Assembly (NCBI GenBank): GCA_043228905.1 | Contig: JBHGNT010000022.1 | Coordinates: 10,292,001 to 10,356,000, forward strand | DNA from: Azolla caroliniana | Taxonomy: Eukaryota; Plantae; Polypodiophyta | Direction: 5' to 3' | DNA: 64,000 bases | In this document: in pieces, positions 48,901 through 62,270 of the stretch | Layout of the letters: each line of letters opens with the position of its first letter | Position numbering within the stretch: position 1 is the first letter of the stretch | Position numbers and translations under genes: made by a program | Notes under the pieces: generated by a model | The model's input: only the letters and a program-made list of their open reading frames with translations | What the model was told of the DNA's origin: nothing | The model's database searches: none

Positions 48901-51575
48901 GAAGCTTTACCAGTAGACCATCACATCAAGAACCACAAACAATTTGCATTGAAATATTTTTACATAAGAAGAAGGATTCAGAATTATAAAAGAGAATATT
49001 CGTACTTACAGACTTTTGCAGAGGGTTTGGGCTTTACACCCACTACTTGAGGTTCAGATTGTGGCGAAGAGACTGAGACATCGATAATACTTGTTGTAGA
49101 TGCTGATGCTGATGCAGATGTAGGCGGTGATGCTGATTCTGGTGGAGGGATAAATGGAAAAGACCCTGGTGTTGTGTTAAATGGATTTGCTTTTCCACCA
49201 GAAAACATGTTTGCACCCTGTCCACCAAATGGGTTGTTTCCTTGCCCAGGGAAAACTGGATTTCCGCCTTGTCCACTCTGTCCCATCATTGACTTTAGGG
49301 CTTGTTGCATTGCATAGCCCTAGTTCAACGCAGAATTTAAAACAATTCAGAAGCTTATGCTTACACCCCTGTTTCTCAATAGCCAGGGTTTTCATTGGGT
49401 TTTCGGAACATAACTTTGTTATATAGATTTGATACCTGAGCTTTCTTCGCTGCCTGCGGGAAGGAAAATGGAAAGAATCAAGAGAATGTCAGCTTTATAA
49501 TGTTTTCTATAATCCAATGATTTTCTCTACCAGCTAGCAAATCCATATAAAAGTCTTACGCAGTACAAGAAAACTAAAACTTCCTTAATAAATCAAACAT
49601 ACTAGGAAGTGCATGCGAGAGAATCTAAAAAACTTAGATTGGTGGCCTCCATTTTGATAATTCACGATTATTAGAATGGCATAACTCACCCAAGAGAAGA
49701 CAATAGATATGCCCACACCCACTCCTATCCACATAATGGGAGATCCCCTGAAAATAACAAAAGACTTCAGGATTAATAAACATTATCTTATTGAAGTGCT
49801 AATGCAAAATTCCACGAAGTATACATTTGAGGTTGTGGTGGTGGAAATGCATTCGGTGATGCTACAGCACTTGTTGTTTGACTCCTTGTACTTCCACTAG
49901 AAATCTCAAACTTATTTTGTGTGTTCCCTGAAATCATATAAGATTTATTCACCTCAATCCTTACGAGTCTGATCTTTGTACCAAAGTTTCTTCATCCATT
50001 TGATGGTATTTTGATCTGAATCAGTCTAGATCTCAAAGTGCCATACGTATCTCAAAAACTCAGATTTTTCTTCCCCCAACAACTCAATCAAGAAGCAACA
50101 AGTGAAATGTCACATCCTGAACCTTGATATGGAAGTAGTTGCATACGCACTGAATTAATGGTGGAGAAATTATTCAAACGTGGCAAAGCTTTAGAATGAT
50201 CATTTTTAAACTATGTGAGAAACAAAATGCTATTTTCACTTAATATCTTGGACAGAAAACCCTAAAGGATTAGAAACAAGTCGTAGCATTATTAGGATGC
50301 TACAACGTTCTCCAGAACAGAGGCGTAAATTGGGGTGCTTTTGTTGCTGGACGTGAAAAATAATTTGTGTAAGAAAATATTGGAGGATTTCAACATCTAC
50401 ATAAAGGAACCTGTAAGCATCTTCTGAAGCATTTCACGTTCATGAATCAGTCACATTGTTAAAGAGTCATACAGCCATAGACTATAAAATCATTCCCTTT
50501 GAACATCTGGATATACTCTTGAGGGATGTTTGCTAGGGAACATAAGAATAGTTATTCATGAGGTTATGAAGAATACAGAGTACATTTATTGAATAGCTTG
50601 CTATGCTTTTTTTTAAACCAAATTTCAAGGTGGAATAGAAGGATTGATTGTCATAAATGAAACCTATGTTACATTATGAGAAAATATTACAGGAATGAGA
50701 AGCGAATGAAAACTATTCGTGAGACAATATATCACTTGCTTGACGATATTCAATCGCCGAGGAATCTATAGTAATGCATCATCGAGATTGTTAGAATTTA
50801 GAAGATGCGAGAGTGACATGTACATGTGGACCATGCATGCCTCAGAAACATGGACAAGTATGGATACAATTGTAGGAAAAGTTATAAACCAAGGTACTGA
50901 ATACTCACAAAATCATGCCTCTCGGCCTCTCTGCACTAATACTTCTAAATGGTACATAAAGGCAAACAGAACTTGATGTAAACTAGCTGAAAACCTTTCA
51001 ACTAATACTTCAATAAACAGCAATCTAAAAACCAACAAAAAACCACATTATGGATTTTACAATATGACATTTTTTGGTTGTCATAACATATATGATGAGT
51101 ACAGAAAAGCCCTAAACCGATGAATTTCAGAACAACTTGTACAGAAAAACATTCCCAACAAAAAAACAACCCTTGACATTCTATACTAATATTTGAAAGG
51201 GGGGGGGGGGGGGGGGGAGCAATGGATTCACATTATTGAGTTTATTGAGTTTTTTTCATTGGAATTTCTGACAACACCAAAGGGTATAATATACATGAGA
51301 TTTCGCCATGCTAACACTGGAAAATAATCGGAAAAGCGAAAACAAAGAAAGAGAGGTGTACCTGAACCGGAGCTGATTGCATTGTTTTTCGATTCATGAG
51401 GGTTTTGAGCCGATACAGGGAGAACAACAAAACCGCTGTTTCTTCTAACTCTCCATTCATTTCTGAGCGGAATAGGAGGGGTATTTCTGTCGATGCAGAA
51501 GTTCGTTGTGGGTGGAAGAAGGGCACCTCCTCCGCCTCTAAAACATGAGGAGCAAGAAGAAGAAGAAGAAATCAT
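45983..51575 (-). CDS. TIC40: Chloroplast inner-envelope translocon co-chaperone TIC40, multi-exon
   Basis: Ser-rich transit peptide exon (51575-51362). PPPQPQMGSPIMWIGVGVGISIVFSW TM segment (49927-49690). YAMQQALKSMMGQ, LSIEMLETMLDDPKIQKMVFP, YLPEEMRDPVTFK. STI1-like end DQIGLTPDEVVGKILASPDIA...CSQNPLNITKYQNDQEVMNALLKIAELFPG. Confidence 0.92.
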
Positions 51576-51582
<7 letters not shown>

Positions 51583-51614
<32 letters not shown>

Positions 51615-51650
51615 CTTGTGTGTGTTTGGTTGGTTGGGATGATTAAGAGG

Positions 51651-51700
<50 letters not shown>

Positions 51701-51713
51701 GATGATTAAGAGG

Positions 51714-51744
<31 letters not shown>

Positions 51745-52062
51745 CTGGATGATTAAGAGGTTTAAGAGAGAGAGAGAGAGACTTGTGTGTGTTTTGTTGG
51801 ATGATTAAGAGGTTTAAGAGAGAGAGAGAGAGAGAGACTTGTGTGTGTTTTGTTGGATGATTAAGAGATTTAAGAGAGAGAGAGAGAGAGAGAGACTTGT
51901 GTGTGTTTTGTTGGATGATTAAGAGGTTTAAGAGAGAGAGAGAGAGAGATAGACTTGTGTGTGTTTTGTTGGATGATTAAGAGGTTTAAGAGAGAGAGAG
52001 AGAGAGAGAGACTTGTGTGTGTTTTGTTGGATGATTAAGAGGTTTAAGAGAGAGAGAGAGAG
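51583..52062. repeat. Compound minisatellite of (GA)n plus TGTGTGTTTTGTTGGATGATTAAGAGGTTTAA units, ~8 copies, directly upstream of the TIC40 ATG
   Basis: Directly visible. Unit length varies with the GA count. Confidence 0.95.
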
Positions 52063-52147
52063 ATGGATGTAGCTCCGTTGGAAAGGTTGCCCAATGGAGA
52101 ACAACCCCTACATTTTATAGTGACATCTAGTGAATTAGATAGAGAGG

Positions 52148-52511
52148 TAGCAATGGGCACGGTTTCGGCTCAAACCAAACTGAACCGTTAAGCCATAGAT
52201 TAACGGTTTATTGGCTCAAAGATAAATAAACCGTTTGGTTTCGTTTCAAATATTATGATTCGATTTGGTTTCGGTTCGGTTCGGTTTTGAATTTCATGGT
52301 TTTGCAGTTTAGCGTTTTAGCGGTTTCAGTTTTGAAGGTTTAAAGGTTTATAGGTTTATCGGTTTATAAATTTGGTTTGGTTTTGATTTATGATAAACCG
52401 ATTTGGTTTGGTTCTAAATTTGTCATAAACGGTTTGGTTTAAATGGCTTCATAAAATTTAAACAGTTTGGTTTGGTTTCAAGGCTAGGAAATCGAACCGC
52501 GCCCATTGCTA
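52148..52511. mobile_element. hAT-type MITE
   Basis: TIRs TAGCAATGGGCACGGTT / AACCGCGCCCATTGCTA. 8-bp TSD TAGAGAGG. GGTTT-rich interior. Confidence 0.92.
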
Positions 52512-52559
52512 TAGAGAGGTGAGAAAATTGGGTTTCGAACCCAAGACGTAGTGCTTGTA

Positions 52560-53700
52560 GTGTTTGTGTGTGAGAGAAAGATGTCAAATGTGCTAGGCCT
52601 CTTATAGTTAATCATTAGTTAGACATCTTGGCAAAGTATGTTGGAATGCGTGGAACGACATCCTCCACAAGTATGTAAGGGGATGTGCCAATTCATTACA
52701 AATGGAGGTTTTGGTGACATCAAGGTTGTTAACGTGGGAAGGTAAACAAATTCTTAACCTTCAATTTAATCAGATGGCTAGATTGGGTTTGGTAACGGTC
52801 AAGCATGTTATGTTGGTGTCACAAAGAAGATTAATAGCCTTTCGAACAAGAAGATCAATATTTCGTATTCCAAATTGTTGTACTTTTATTTGGGATAAAT
52901 TGCAAGAAATGTTATCTTCATATGAGTCAATTCCTAATTTAGATGGGGGATCTCAAGAGCTTGATTAGAGGTTTGTTGGAAATAAGAGATTGACTATGAT
53001 CTCAACAAAGGTTGCTCATCACAAGTTGATTGACAAGCATAAGTGGTTGGAAGAAAAGGTTATAAAGATCATGGGTTTTCGTAAGCCCATTCCTTGGTGG
53101 CTTATTGTGATCAAGCCAGGTTCGTCTTCTCGATTAATGCTACGAGCTAAGGTATATATTTGGAGAGTTATAGTTGGAGCTTTAACATTGGGGGATGCAT
53201 TAAAAAAAAGAAACATTACTAAAGGATCATGTTTCTTTTGTTCGGTGCAATTGGAACATAGTAGGCATCAATTTCTTTCATGCCTGATGGCTAGGATGGT
53301 TTGGAGGTGTATCAGTTTAGTGTGGATGCCTCTAACTGGGGCAAGCCTATCATCCGTTAGTTGGGTTTTGGCACATATGGAGACAACAAACGGATGCCTC
53401 ATTTCCAAGTTACTTTTGAGTTTTTGGGGTATTGGGGGCTATGGTTCAATTGGAATATGTGGAATGCCTTCACTTTTGATTCGCAAGTTGGGTGAAAAAA
53501 TATGTCTAAAGTTAAAAAGACTTCTTTTGTGGCAATTGACAGTGCTAGAGAAGTCACAAAATCTCAATCATGAAGAGAGAGAACTCTGCAAGGCCACATA
53601 TCATCATATTCGCCATTTGAATTGGTGTGTAGGGTGGCATTGAGTTTGGAGTCATAGTAGGCTTTAGATCCCTAGATAGTTTTTTTTTTAAGTAACACTT
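52560..53700 (+). mobile_element. Decayed LINE 3' fragment (zf-RVT)
   Basis: KVYIWRVIVGALTLG...CFFCSVQLEHSRHQFLSC. Confidence 0.75.
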
Positions 53701-54165
53701 TTATTACTAGTGAGAAACCTCAAAGTGAGGTGAAAACCACAAAGAATAAAGAAAAATATACAAGTGTAAGAGCTTAAAAGCACTCAAAGTAAAGATTGTA
53801 AATTTGTAGTGTGGTGTCTCTAAGTTGCAGACAATCAAATAGAGATTGCCTGAGGGATTGCTTAAAGAAGCTAACTTCATGCAGTTGGTTTCTATCAAAC
53901 ACCTTATTATTGCGGGTTGTCCAAATGGTCCAGAGAACCCAAAATCGTGTGTAAGCTTTCGAGGCGTAAAGAGTTCCTTGATTCTAAATTCCTACCTCTC
54001 CATTTTATGTGTTGCAATACTTCCTTCCAGTGCTTTAGAAGCTTTGAGCTAAACGACAACCTTTGATGTGCCCATCAACCTTTCCAAACACCACATCCCA
54101 ATGGTTAGTATCCCATGAGCCAAATGACTTGGTTTTCAAATGATCAAACATATCATATAGCATTC

Positions 54166-57100
54166 TGTTAGGATATCGGTCCCTCCGGATGGGATGTCCG
54201 GAGATGAATGACGGCAAGCCCGGTTACGGCTACGGAGCCGGATGATGAAGACCCCGGCTACGGAGCCGGATGACGAAGACCCCGGCTACGGAGCCGGATG
54301 ACGAAGACCCCGGCTACGGAGCCGGATGACGAAGACCCCGGCTACGGAGCCGGATGACGAAGACCCCGGCTACGGAGCCGGATGACGAATGTACCCGGAG
54401 AGAGAGAGATCCGGATGCGGGGACATATTTATGAATATGTTTGCCAAGGGCCCTTGAGGCTATATTTGTAAATAGCCCGAAAGTCATATGTGTATAAATA
54501 TGACTTAGGGCAAACAGTTTTAATGTTGTTGCTCATTTTATGTTTTCAGCCGAGAGAGCGAAGTGAGAGCAGCCGAGAGAGAGAGAGAGAGAAAGGAAGA
54601 GGTCGACGCCTCTGTGTATTACCGCCGCCTGTGGCGAAGACAGTGAGCTCAAGGTTGTTGCCTTGTAGCTTCACCATTGTACATCTCTGTGTATAGTGAT
54701 AGTTGGAGTTTGAGGACTCCCGTGGTTTTTCCCATTTAGGGTTTTCCACGTAAAACACCCTGTGTACTCTTCTCTCTATTGTCTTCGTGCATTTTGTATT
54801 TCCTGTTTTCTGTGAGTTGATCCTATTCCTCGGTTGTGGCCGAGCACTGTGTTCAACAAAGTGGTATCAGAGCGACGGTAACACAGAAAATGGAAGGCGG
54901 CAACAGCGGGCAGCCGGGGATGATGGTGCTGAATGCGCAGAACTACGCCGACTGGAAGATAAAGATGGAGGATCTGCTCATTGTTCGGGACCTATATGAA
55001 CCGATCGACAGGTCGGAAATACCCAAGGGGGTACTTGAGACGGAATGGAGGCTTTTGAACCGGAAAGCCGTTGCAACCATTCGGCAATACGTCGACGTGA
55101 GCGTTCTACAACATGTGGCGAACGACACCAACGCATATGAGATGTGGCGGAAGCTGTCGGGCCTCTACGAGAGGAAGAATGCGTTGAACCGGACCTCCCT
55201 GATGAGGAAGATAGTGAACCTCAAGTACCGGGACGGCGAGAGTATGGTGGAACACGTAAGCACGTTCATGGGATTCGTGAACCAGCTTGCGGCGATCAAG
55301 TTCCCGTTGGAGGATGCAATGCAAGCCATCATCCTGATGTGTACATTGCCGGAAAGCTGGGAGAACTTGGTGGTGACTCTCAGCACCTCCTGCACCGAAG
55401 ATAACTTGTCCCTACAAACGGTAAAGACAAGTATTTTGAACGAAGAAGCGCGTCGGAGAGATAAAGAACCGGCCTCCGACTCGAAGGCGCTGCTTACCGA
55501 ATCGGAACGGGGAAGACAACGGAACCGGAGTCCGCAAAGACGGGAGAAGTCTGGGACCCGGTCACAGTCAAGAGGAAGGCCCACATGCTTCCACTGTGGG
55601 AAGCCGGGGCACTTCCGGAAGAATTGTCGGCATTACCGAAAAGACAACGGAGCCGACGACACCGATTCGAAGAAGTCACCGGAGAGAAACGGTGCATACC
55701 GGGGAGCCACGGACCGGAGAGGTCCGGATCGGCGAGGGCAGGACCGGAAAGGAACGACGGCACTCGCGGCAAGTGAAGAAGAGATAATGCTCATTACCGA
55801 AGAGACGGAGCTGAACCTTGCCGGTGAAGAGATGACCTGGGTGGTCGATTCCGGAGCGTTGTTCCACCTGACCCCGGAGAAGAAATACTTCTCATCCTAC
55901 ACAGCCGGTGAGCACGGCTGTGTCCGGATGGGAAATGAAGGTACATGCCGGATTGCCGGCATAGGAGACGTGTGGCTGATGACATCAACCGGATGCAAAA
56001 TGCTGCTGAAGAATGTCCGACACGTTCCGGAGGTCCGATTGAACCTGATTTCGGCCGGGAGGCTAGACGATGAAGGCTACACAGGTAGCATCCGGAACGG
56101 CATAATGAAGTTCAGCAAGGGGACGGGCCCGGAAAGACAACACACTGTACCTGATGAATGCCCGGTTATGTCCGGAAGAGCTGAATGTGGCAGCCGACAC
56201 TGCCGGTGAGCTGTGGCACAAGAGACTGTGCCACATGAGTGAGAAGGGGATGAAGAGGCTTGCAGAAGACAACCTTATTCCAGTGAAGCATGTGCACCTG
56301 GAGAAGTGCACCGATTGCCTGGCCGGTAAGCAGAACCGAACCTCCTTCCATTCAAGGCCACCGACGAGACGTAGCGCACCATTGGAGTTGGTGCACACTG
56401 ATGTGTGTCAGGTAGAAACGAAGTCACATGGCGGAGCCCAGTACTTCGTAACATTCATTGATGATCACAGCCGGAAGCTGTGGACAGCACCGTTGAAGAC
56501 AAAGGACCAAGTGTTGTGCTTCTTCAAAGAACTCCACGCGAGAGTGGGAAGGGAATCCGGCAAGAAGCTGAAAGCGATACGAGCGGATAACGGAGGGGAA
56601 TACCGGGGGCAGTTCCAGGAGTACTGTCGCTCGAAGGGAATCCGACTCGAGTTTACTGTGCCGAAGACGCCGGAACTAAACGGGCTGGCCGAGACGATGA
56701 ACCGGACCATAATGGAGAGGGTCCGGAGTATGCTGGCGCATGCGGAATTACCCAAGGGGTTTTGGGCTGAGGCGATGTCGACGGCGACATACGTGATAAA
56801 CAGATCACCCTCAGTACCTTTGGACGGGGACACGCCGCAGAGAGTGTGGACCGGTAGGGAAGTATCCTACCGGCATCTGAAGGTGTTCGGGTGTCTCGCA
56901 TACGTGCATGTGGCAAAGGACCGGAGAGGAAAGCTAGATCCAAAGACCCGGCCATGCATATTCCTCGGTTACGGCGACGACGAGTTCGGCTACCGAGTAT
57001 GGGACCCGGTCGACAAGAAGATATTCAGGAGTCGAGACATCATCTTCATGGAGGACAAGACACTCGCCGACTGGGAGTCGGAGAAGAAGATGAAGAGCTC

Positions 57101-59568
57101 CAAGTCGACCGGTGAGGATCAACTCTACGAAGAGCAGTCCCGACCGGCAAGGGACCGGTTAGCACTCGAGGATCAGGCCGAAGACGGTGAAGAAACAGAA
57201 CCGGCCGAAGAAGATGAAAATGATACCGGAACCGGCCCCGATCCCGAAATGGATTCGGATGAAGAAGAATCGGAAGAACCGGTTACCGAAGCTCCGGAAC
57301 GGAGATATCCTCTAAGAGAGAGAAGGGCCCCCCGGAGATTTCCGGAACCAGAGCACGTGCTGCTAACCGACGAGGGGGAGCCGGAGAGCTTTGAAGAAGC
57401 AAAGCATGACACCCAGAGCCGCAGGTGGTTGAGTGCCATGCAGGACGAGATGGATTCCCTGCATGAGAACCACACATATGAACTTGTGGAGTTGCCGAAA
57501 GGAAAGCGGGCACTTCGAAACAAGTGGGTGTTCAAGCTGAAACCGGGAGATGCCGGAAACCCCCCGAGATACAAAGCCAGGATCGTGGTGAAGGGGTTTC
57601 AGCAGAAGAAGGGCGTCGATTTCGACGAGATATTTGCCCCGGTAGTGAAGATGACCTCCATTCGGACGGTGCTGAGCATAGCGGCAAGCATGGACCTCGA
57701 GGTAGAACAGATGGACGTGAAGACATCATTCCTTCACGGTGACCTCGAAGAAGAGATCTACATGCAGCAACCGGAAGGATTCGAGAAGAAAGGGAAGGAG
57801 CACCTGGTATGCCGGTTGAAGAAGAGCCTTTACGAACTGAAGCAGGCTCCCCGGCAATGGTACCGGAAGTTCGACTCCTTCATGACCGACGAAGGGTACC
57901 TCAAAACGCAGTCCGACCACTGTGTGTTTGTGAAGAAGTTCGAAGGAGGAGACTTTCTAATACTCCTCCTGTACGTGGACGACATGTTGATCGTCGGACG
58001 GGACCAGGTCAAGATTCGGATGCTGAAGAAGGCTCTTCACCGAACCTTCTCAATGAAGGACCTGGGTCCGGCGAGGCAAATACTAGGGATGCATATCATC
58101 CGGGACCGGAAGAAGAAGCAGTTGTGGCTGTCACAGGAGAAGTACGTAACAAAGGTGCTTCACCGGTTCAACATGTCGGAAGCAAGACCGGTCGGGTCAA
58201 CACTCCCGGCAAACTGCAAGCTGTCCAGCAAGCAAAGCCCCAAGACAAAGGCTGAGAAGGAGGACATGATGAAAGTACCATATGCCTCTGCCGTCGGGAG
58301 CTTGATGTACGCGATGGTGTGTACCCGACCGGACATAGGATATGCAGTCGGAGTGGTGAGCCGGTACATGAGCAATCCCGGCAAAGAGCACTGGAACGCG
58401 GTCAAGTGGATACTCCGATACCTGAAGGGCACGGCAAACGTGTGCCTCCGATTTGGCTCCGGTAAGCCCGAACTCGACGGCTTCACTGATTCGGATATGT
58501 CGGCTGATGCAGATACCAGCCGGTCCACGTCAGGGTATGTGATGACGTATGCAGGGGGAGCTGTTTCATGGCAGTCGAGGCTGCAGAAAACGGTTGCGTT
58601 GTCAACCACGGAGGCGGAGTACATGGCGACTGTTGAAGCCGGCAAGGAAATAATATGGATGAAGGACTTCATTAGAGAGCTCGGTATCCGGCAGGAGGAG
58701 TACCGACTCTACTGCGACAGTCAGAGTGCCATCCACCTTGCGAAGAATGCGGCCTATCACTCCCGGACGAAGCACATCCAACGTAGATACCACTGGATCC
58801 GGGAAAGGATAGAAGACAAGGAGTTCGTGCTGACGAAGATCCACACGGACGAGAACGGGTCAGATATGCTGACCAAAGTGCTCACACCCGACAAGCTGGA
58901 AGCATGCCGGAAGAGGATCGGATTGGAGAGACATCCCATGCCGAAGTGAAGGGGGAGTTTGTTAGGATATCGGTCCCTCCGGATGGGATGTCCGGAGATG
59001 AATGACGGCAAGCCCGGTTACGGCTACGGAGCCGGATGATGAAGACCCCGGCTACGGAGCCGGATGACGAAGACCCCGGCTACGGAGCCGGATGACGAAT
59101 GTACCCGGAGAGAGAGAGATCCGGATGCGGGGACATATTTATGAATATGTTTGCCAAGGGCCCTTGAGGCTATATTTGTAAATAGCCCGAAAGTCATATG
59201 TGTATAAATATGACTTAGGGCAAACAGTTTTAATGTTGTTGCTCATTTTATGTTTTCAGCCGAGAGAGCGAAGTGAGAGCAGCCGAGAGAGAGAGAGAGA
59301 GAAAGGAAGAGGTCGATGCCTCTGTGTATTACCGCCGCTTGTGGCGAAGACAGTGAGCTCAAGGTTGTTGCCTTGTAGCTTCACCATTGTACATCTCTGT
59401 GTATAGTGATAGTTGGAGTTTGAGGACTCCCGTGGTTTTTCCCATTTAGGGTTTTCCACGTAAAACACCCTGTGTACTCTTCTCTCTATTGTCTTCGTGC
59501 ATTTTGTATTTCCTGTTTTCTGTGAGTTGATCCTATTCCTCGGTTGTGGCCGAGCACTGTGTTCAACA
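54166..59568 (+). mobile_element. Near-intact young Ty1/copia (Tnt1/Tork-like) LTR retrotransposon
   Basis: LTRs 54166-54858 and 58960-59568 (TG..CA). TSD CATTC. tRNA-iMet PBS TGGTATCAGAGC at 54862. PPT GAAGGGGGAG. Confidence 0.98.
54890..58949 (+). CDS. Copia Gag-Pol polyprotein with one frameshift near 56120
   Basis: CFHCGKPGHFRKNC, VVDSGA, integrase DDE, YVDD and RNase H. Two overlapping ORFs (54836-56209 and 56154-58949). Confidence 0.93.
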
Positions 59569-61321
59569 CATTCTTGCCCAAGGCAATGTTTGTTTAGCAA
59601 AATTTGGCAATAAAGTAGCTTTTCTAGCCAACATATGCAAATGCAAATTAAGAATATTTATCCCTCCACTCAATCGTGGAGTGCATATCTTCTCAAGTGA
59701 TAGGAGTCGTATACCTCTATACGACTGGCTAGAGCACCAAAAGTTGCTTATAATTTCTAAGTTAATCTTTTTTATCATGTGTTTCGGCCAATCAATCATA
59801 ATTAAGTAATATACTTCATGTAAGCCATGAATATAGATTGCACTATCCGCAATTTGACATGGAGTGGCCATGTTGCAATCTTCCAATAGCTTAGCTTTTG
59901 TCTCACTTTTTGCAGAACCCATTTGCATTCCATCCCAATGGATAACCAAGATGTCTAACCATTTTATTTGGGCTAACAACTTGACCTGGCCACAAAAGTT
60001 GATGCAAACTATATGGTGTCAAGGGTAGAAGTTTGGACTTGTTGAAGTTTACATGCAATCCGGCAACTAATCCATACAATTTAAGGGCATCCATAATCAT
60101 CCTCATATCATTTGGATTGTTTTGTGATAGGAATGATGTATCATCTGCATATGCTTGAGCCACGAAATCATGTCCGTCTTTCATTTGCAAATCGTGTAGT
60201 TGACCAATTAATACTAGATTATCCATGTACAATAGTAGTGGATGAGTTGCAATTGCATACAACAATGCACTTACAGGACAACCTTGTCATACTGATTTGG
60301 CCAAGCTCCATGAATCTGTCAATCCACCCTCAATAATGCATGAAGATGTGCTAGACCCATAAAGCCAATAGATTACTTGAGACATTTTCGGACCAAATCC
60401 TAGTTTGACCATTGTGGCTGCCACAAAATCTCATTGGATGGTGTCAAAGGCCTTTTCAATGTCAATTTGCATGAGCAATACATCTTGTTTGGTGTATTTT
60501 GCATACTCAATTCCAATATTGGCATTGGCAATATTATCTGTAATTTGCCTTTGGGGAATGAACCTGTACCGGTTTATGTGGATGCCTCCCAACAAAGTGC
60601 CCTTAATACAATTAGCAATTATCTTTGCAATAAGTTTATAGATCACTGGCATGAGAGTGATTGGTCGCCAATCCAAAAAAGATTCACACAATTTCTTTTT
60701 GGGGTATTAATTTGACCAAACCTTCTTTCCATGAGATCGGCATATCCCGTTGTTGTCAAACATTATTTGCCATAGATAGGATTAAATCCTTAAGGAAATC
60801 CCAAATTCTGCAATGAACTCTAACGTAATACCATCCCAACCAGACACTTTGCTTTTCCCAAGGCCCTTCCGAGCCTCCAAAAGCTCATCCATTGTGAATG
60901 TTTCATCCAAAGCAATAGCTTTATCAACACAAATAGTGGGTTGAACTAGTGACAAGAATGTATCTCTGGCTTGTTTAACTTCATCTATAACAACTACATT
61001 GTTCTCAAAGATGTGAGAGAAGTGAGTTACACATTCTTTCGCTAGATCAAGTCGGATTGTAGTCCACAAACCATCACTAGTTTTGATCAATTTAATGGAT
61101 TCCTTTTCGCGTATTAGATGCAACCTTTTCAAGAAGGATTTAGAAGAGCATCCTTTGTCTTTCAATGGAAACTAGAAGGGTTCTATACTTTGTAGTAAGT
61201 TAGTCATGGCGGTGTTTTTTTCTTTCATAATGAAAGCCATTATTTATGAAAGAAAAAAGAGAGTGTGTGAAAGAAAGATTTTGTGTGTTTGTTTGGTTGG
61301 ATGAAGGGGGGGGGGGGGGGG

Positions 61322-61354
<33 letters not shown>

Positions 61355-61358
<4 letters not shown>

Positions 61359-62270
61359 GAGACTTCGGCAGGAATTGAACAATATCCGCCAAAAGGACAT
61401 GTCACATGTAAGATCAAGACCATTTGTGACTCACTTACCTCCATCAACATAAACGTCGAAGAGGACCGATCTGATCAAGACGACAATATTGGCAAGGGAA
61501 AATCCTCCTTCATTTCTCGACCTCCAATCTATGTTATTGGTTAAAGAAAGTCATGTTAAATCTAAAAACGAGACATTTGAAAGAAAAACGTTCTTCTCAT
61601 GTTTGGATAATGCTCGAGGACGGGGTCGAACAAGAAGAGACCAATTCGGCCAAGGAAGAGGAAACAAATTTGACCCATCAAATGAATATCACATGAATTG
61701 CCGGCAAGACAGTGAGAGTACTTGTGGAAAATTCAGAAGAAGGGTGACCTTTCACGCCAAACGAGGTCCACAAAATAGGCTTGTCAAGTATGATTACTAT
61801 GGGAAGATCGGGCATTTGTTTGGAGGAGTGCCAAAAGAAAAGAGGTGAGTCGGGTTCCACAAGCCGACAACTCACAAACTATGCAACCAACTTTGAATTC
61901 GAAGACTATGGAGGAATGTTCGTCATGAGACACAAAGCAAACACCATGTCAGCATCCAATTCAACTAGCACCTCTAAATGACAAGAAGTATGGTTTGTCG
62001 ACTCCAGTGCCTCAAATCACATGACATCCCACGAGGAGTGGTTTAGTGACTTGCTTACGCTCGATTGACCCGGTTATGTGGAGATAGGGGATGATACTAC
62101 ACATCCAATCCAACATGTCGGCAATGTCCTATTCGGCAAAGAAAGCCAAAACACATGCATTAAGAATGTATTGCATGTGTCGACTATAACAAAGAATCTA
62201 GTTTCTGTCAGCCAAGTTGTGGAATAAGGAATGCAAGTAGGCTTCAATAAAGGTGGATGTTTATAGAAAA
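61355..62270 (+). mobile_element. Decayed copia gag-protease fragment
   Basis: LRLRQELNNIRQ, SFLDLQSMLLV and WFVDSSASNH. Confidence 0.85.

Larger units (their letters stand above)
53710..61170 (-). mobile_element. Decayed L1-type LINE split by the young copia insertion
   Basis: DWRPITLMPVIYKLIAK, DIEKAFD, QAYADD and PRLSGGINI in 59569-61165. Continuation left of 54166 is inferred from the TSD. Confidence 0.82.

Noticed and set aside
51198-51217. Poly-G run (also ~61306-61324) as a G-quadruplex element
   Set aside because: Simple homopolymers prone to sequencing error, with no supporting context.
51583-52062. Constant repeat with variable spacers, CRISPR-like
   Set aside because: The variable parts are only (GA)n microsatellite.
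54228-54390. 28-bp repeats resembling a CRISPR array
   Set aside because: The copies are head-to-tail with no spacers, lie inside an LTR, and no cas genes are present.
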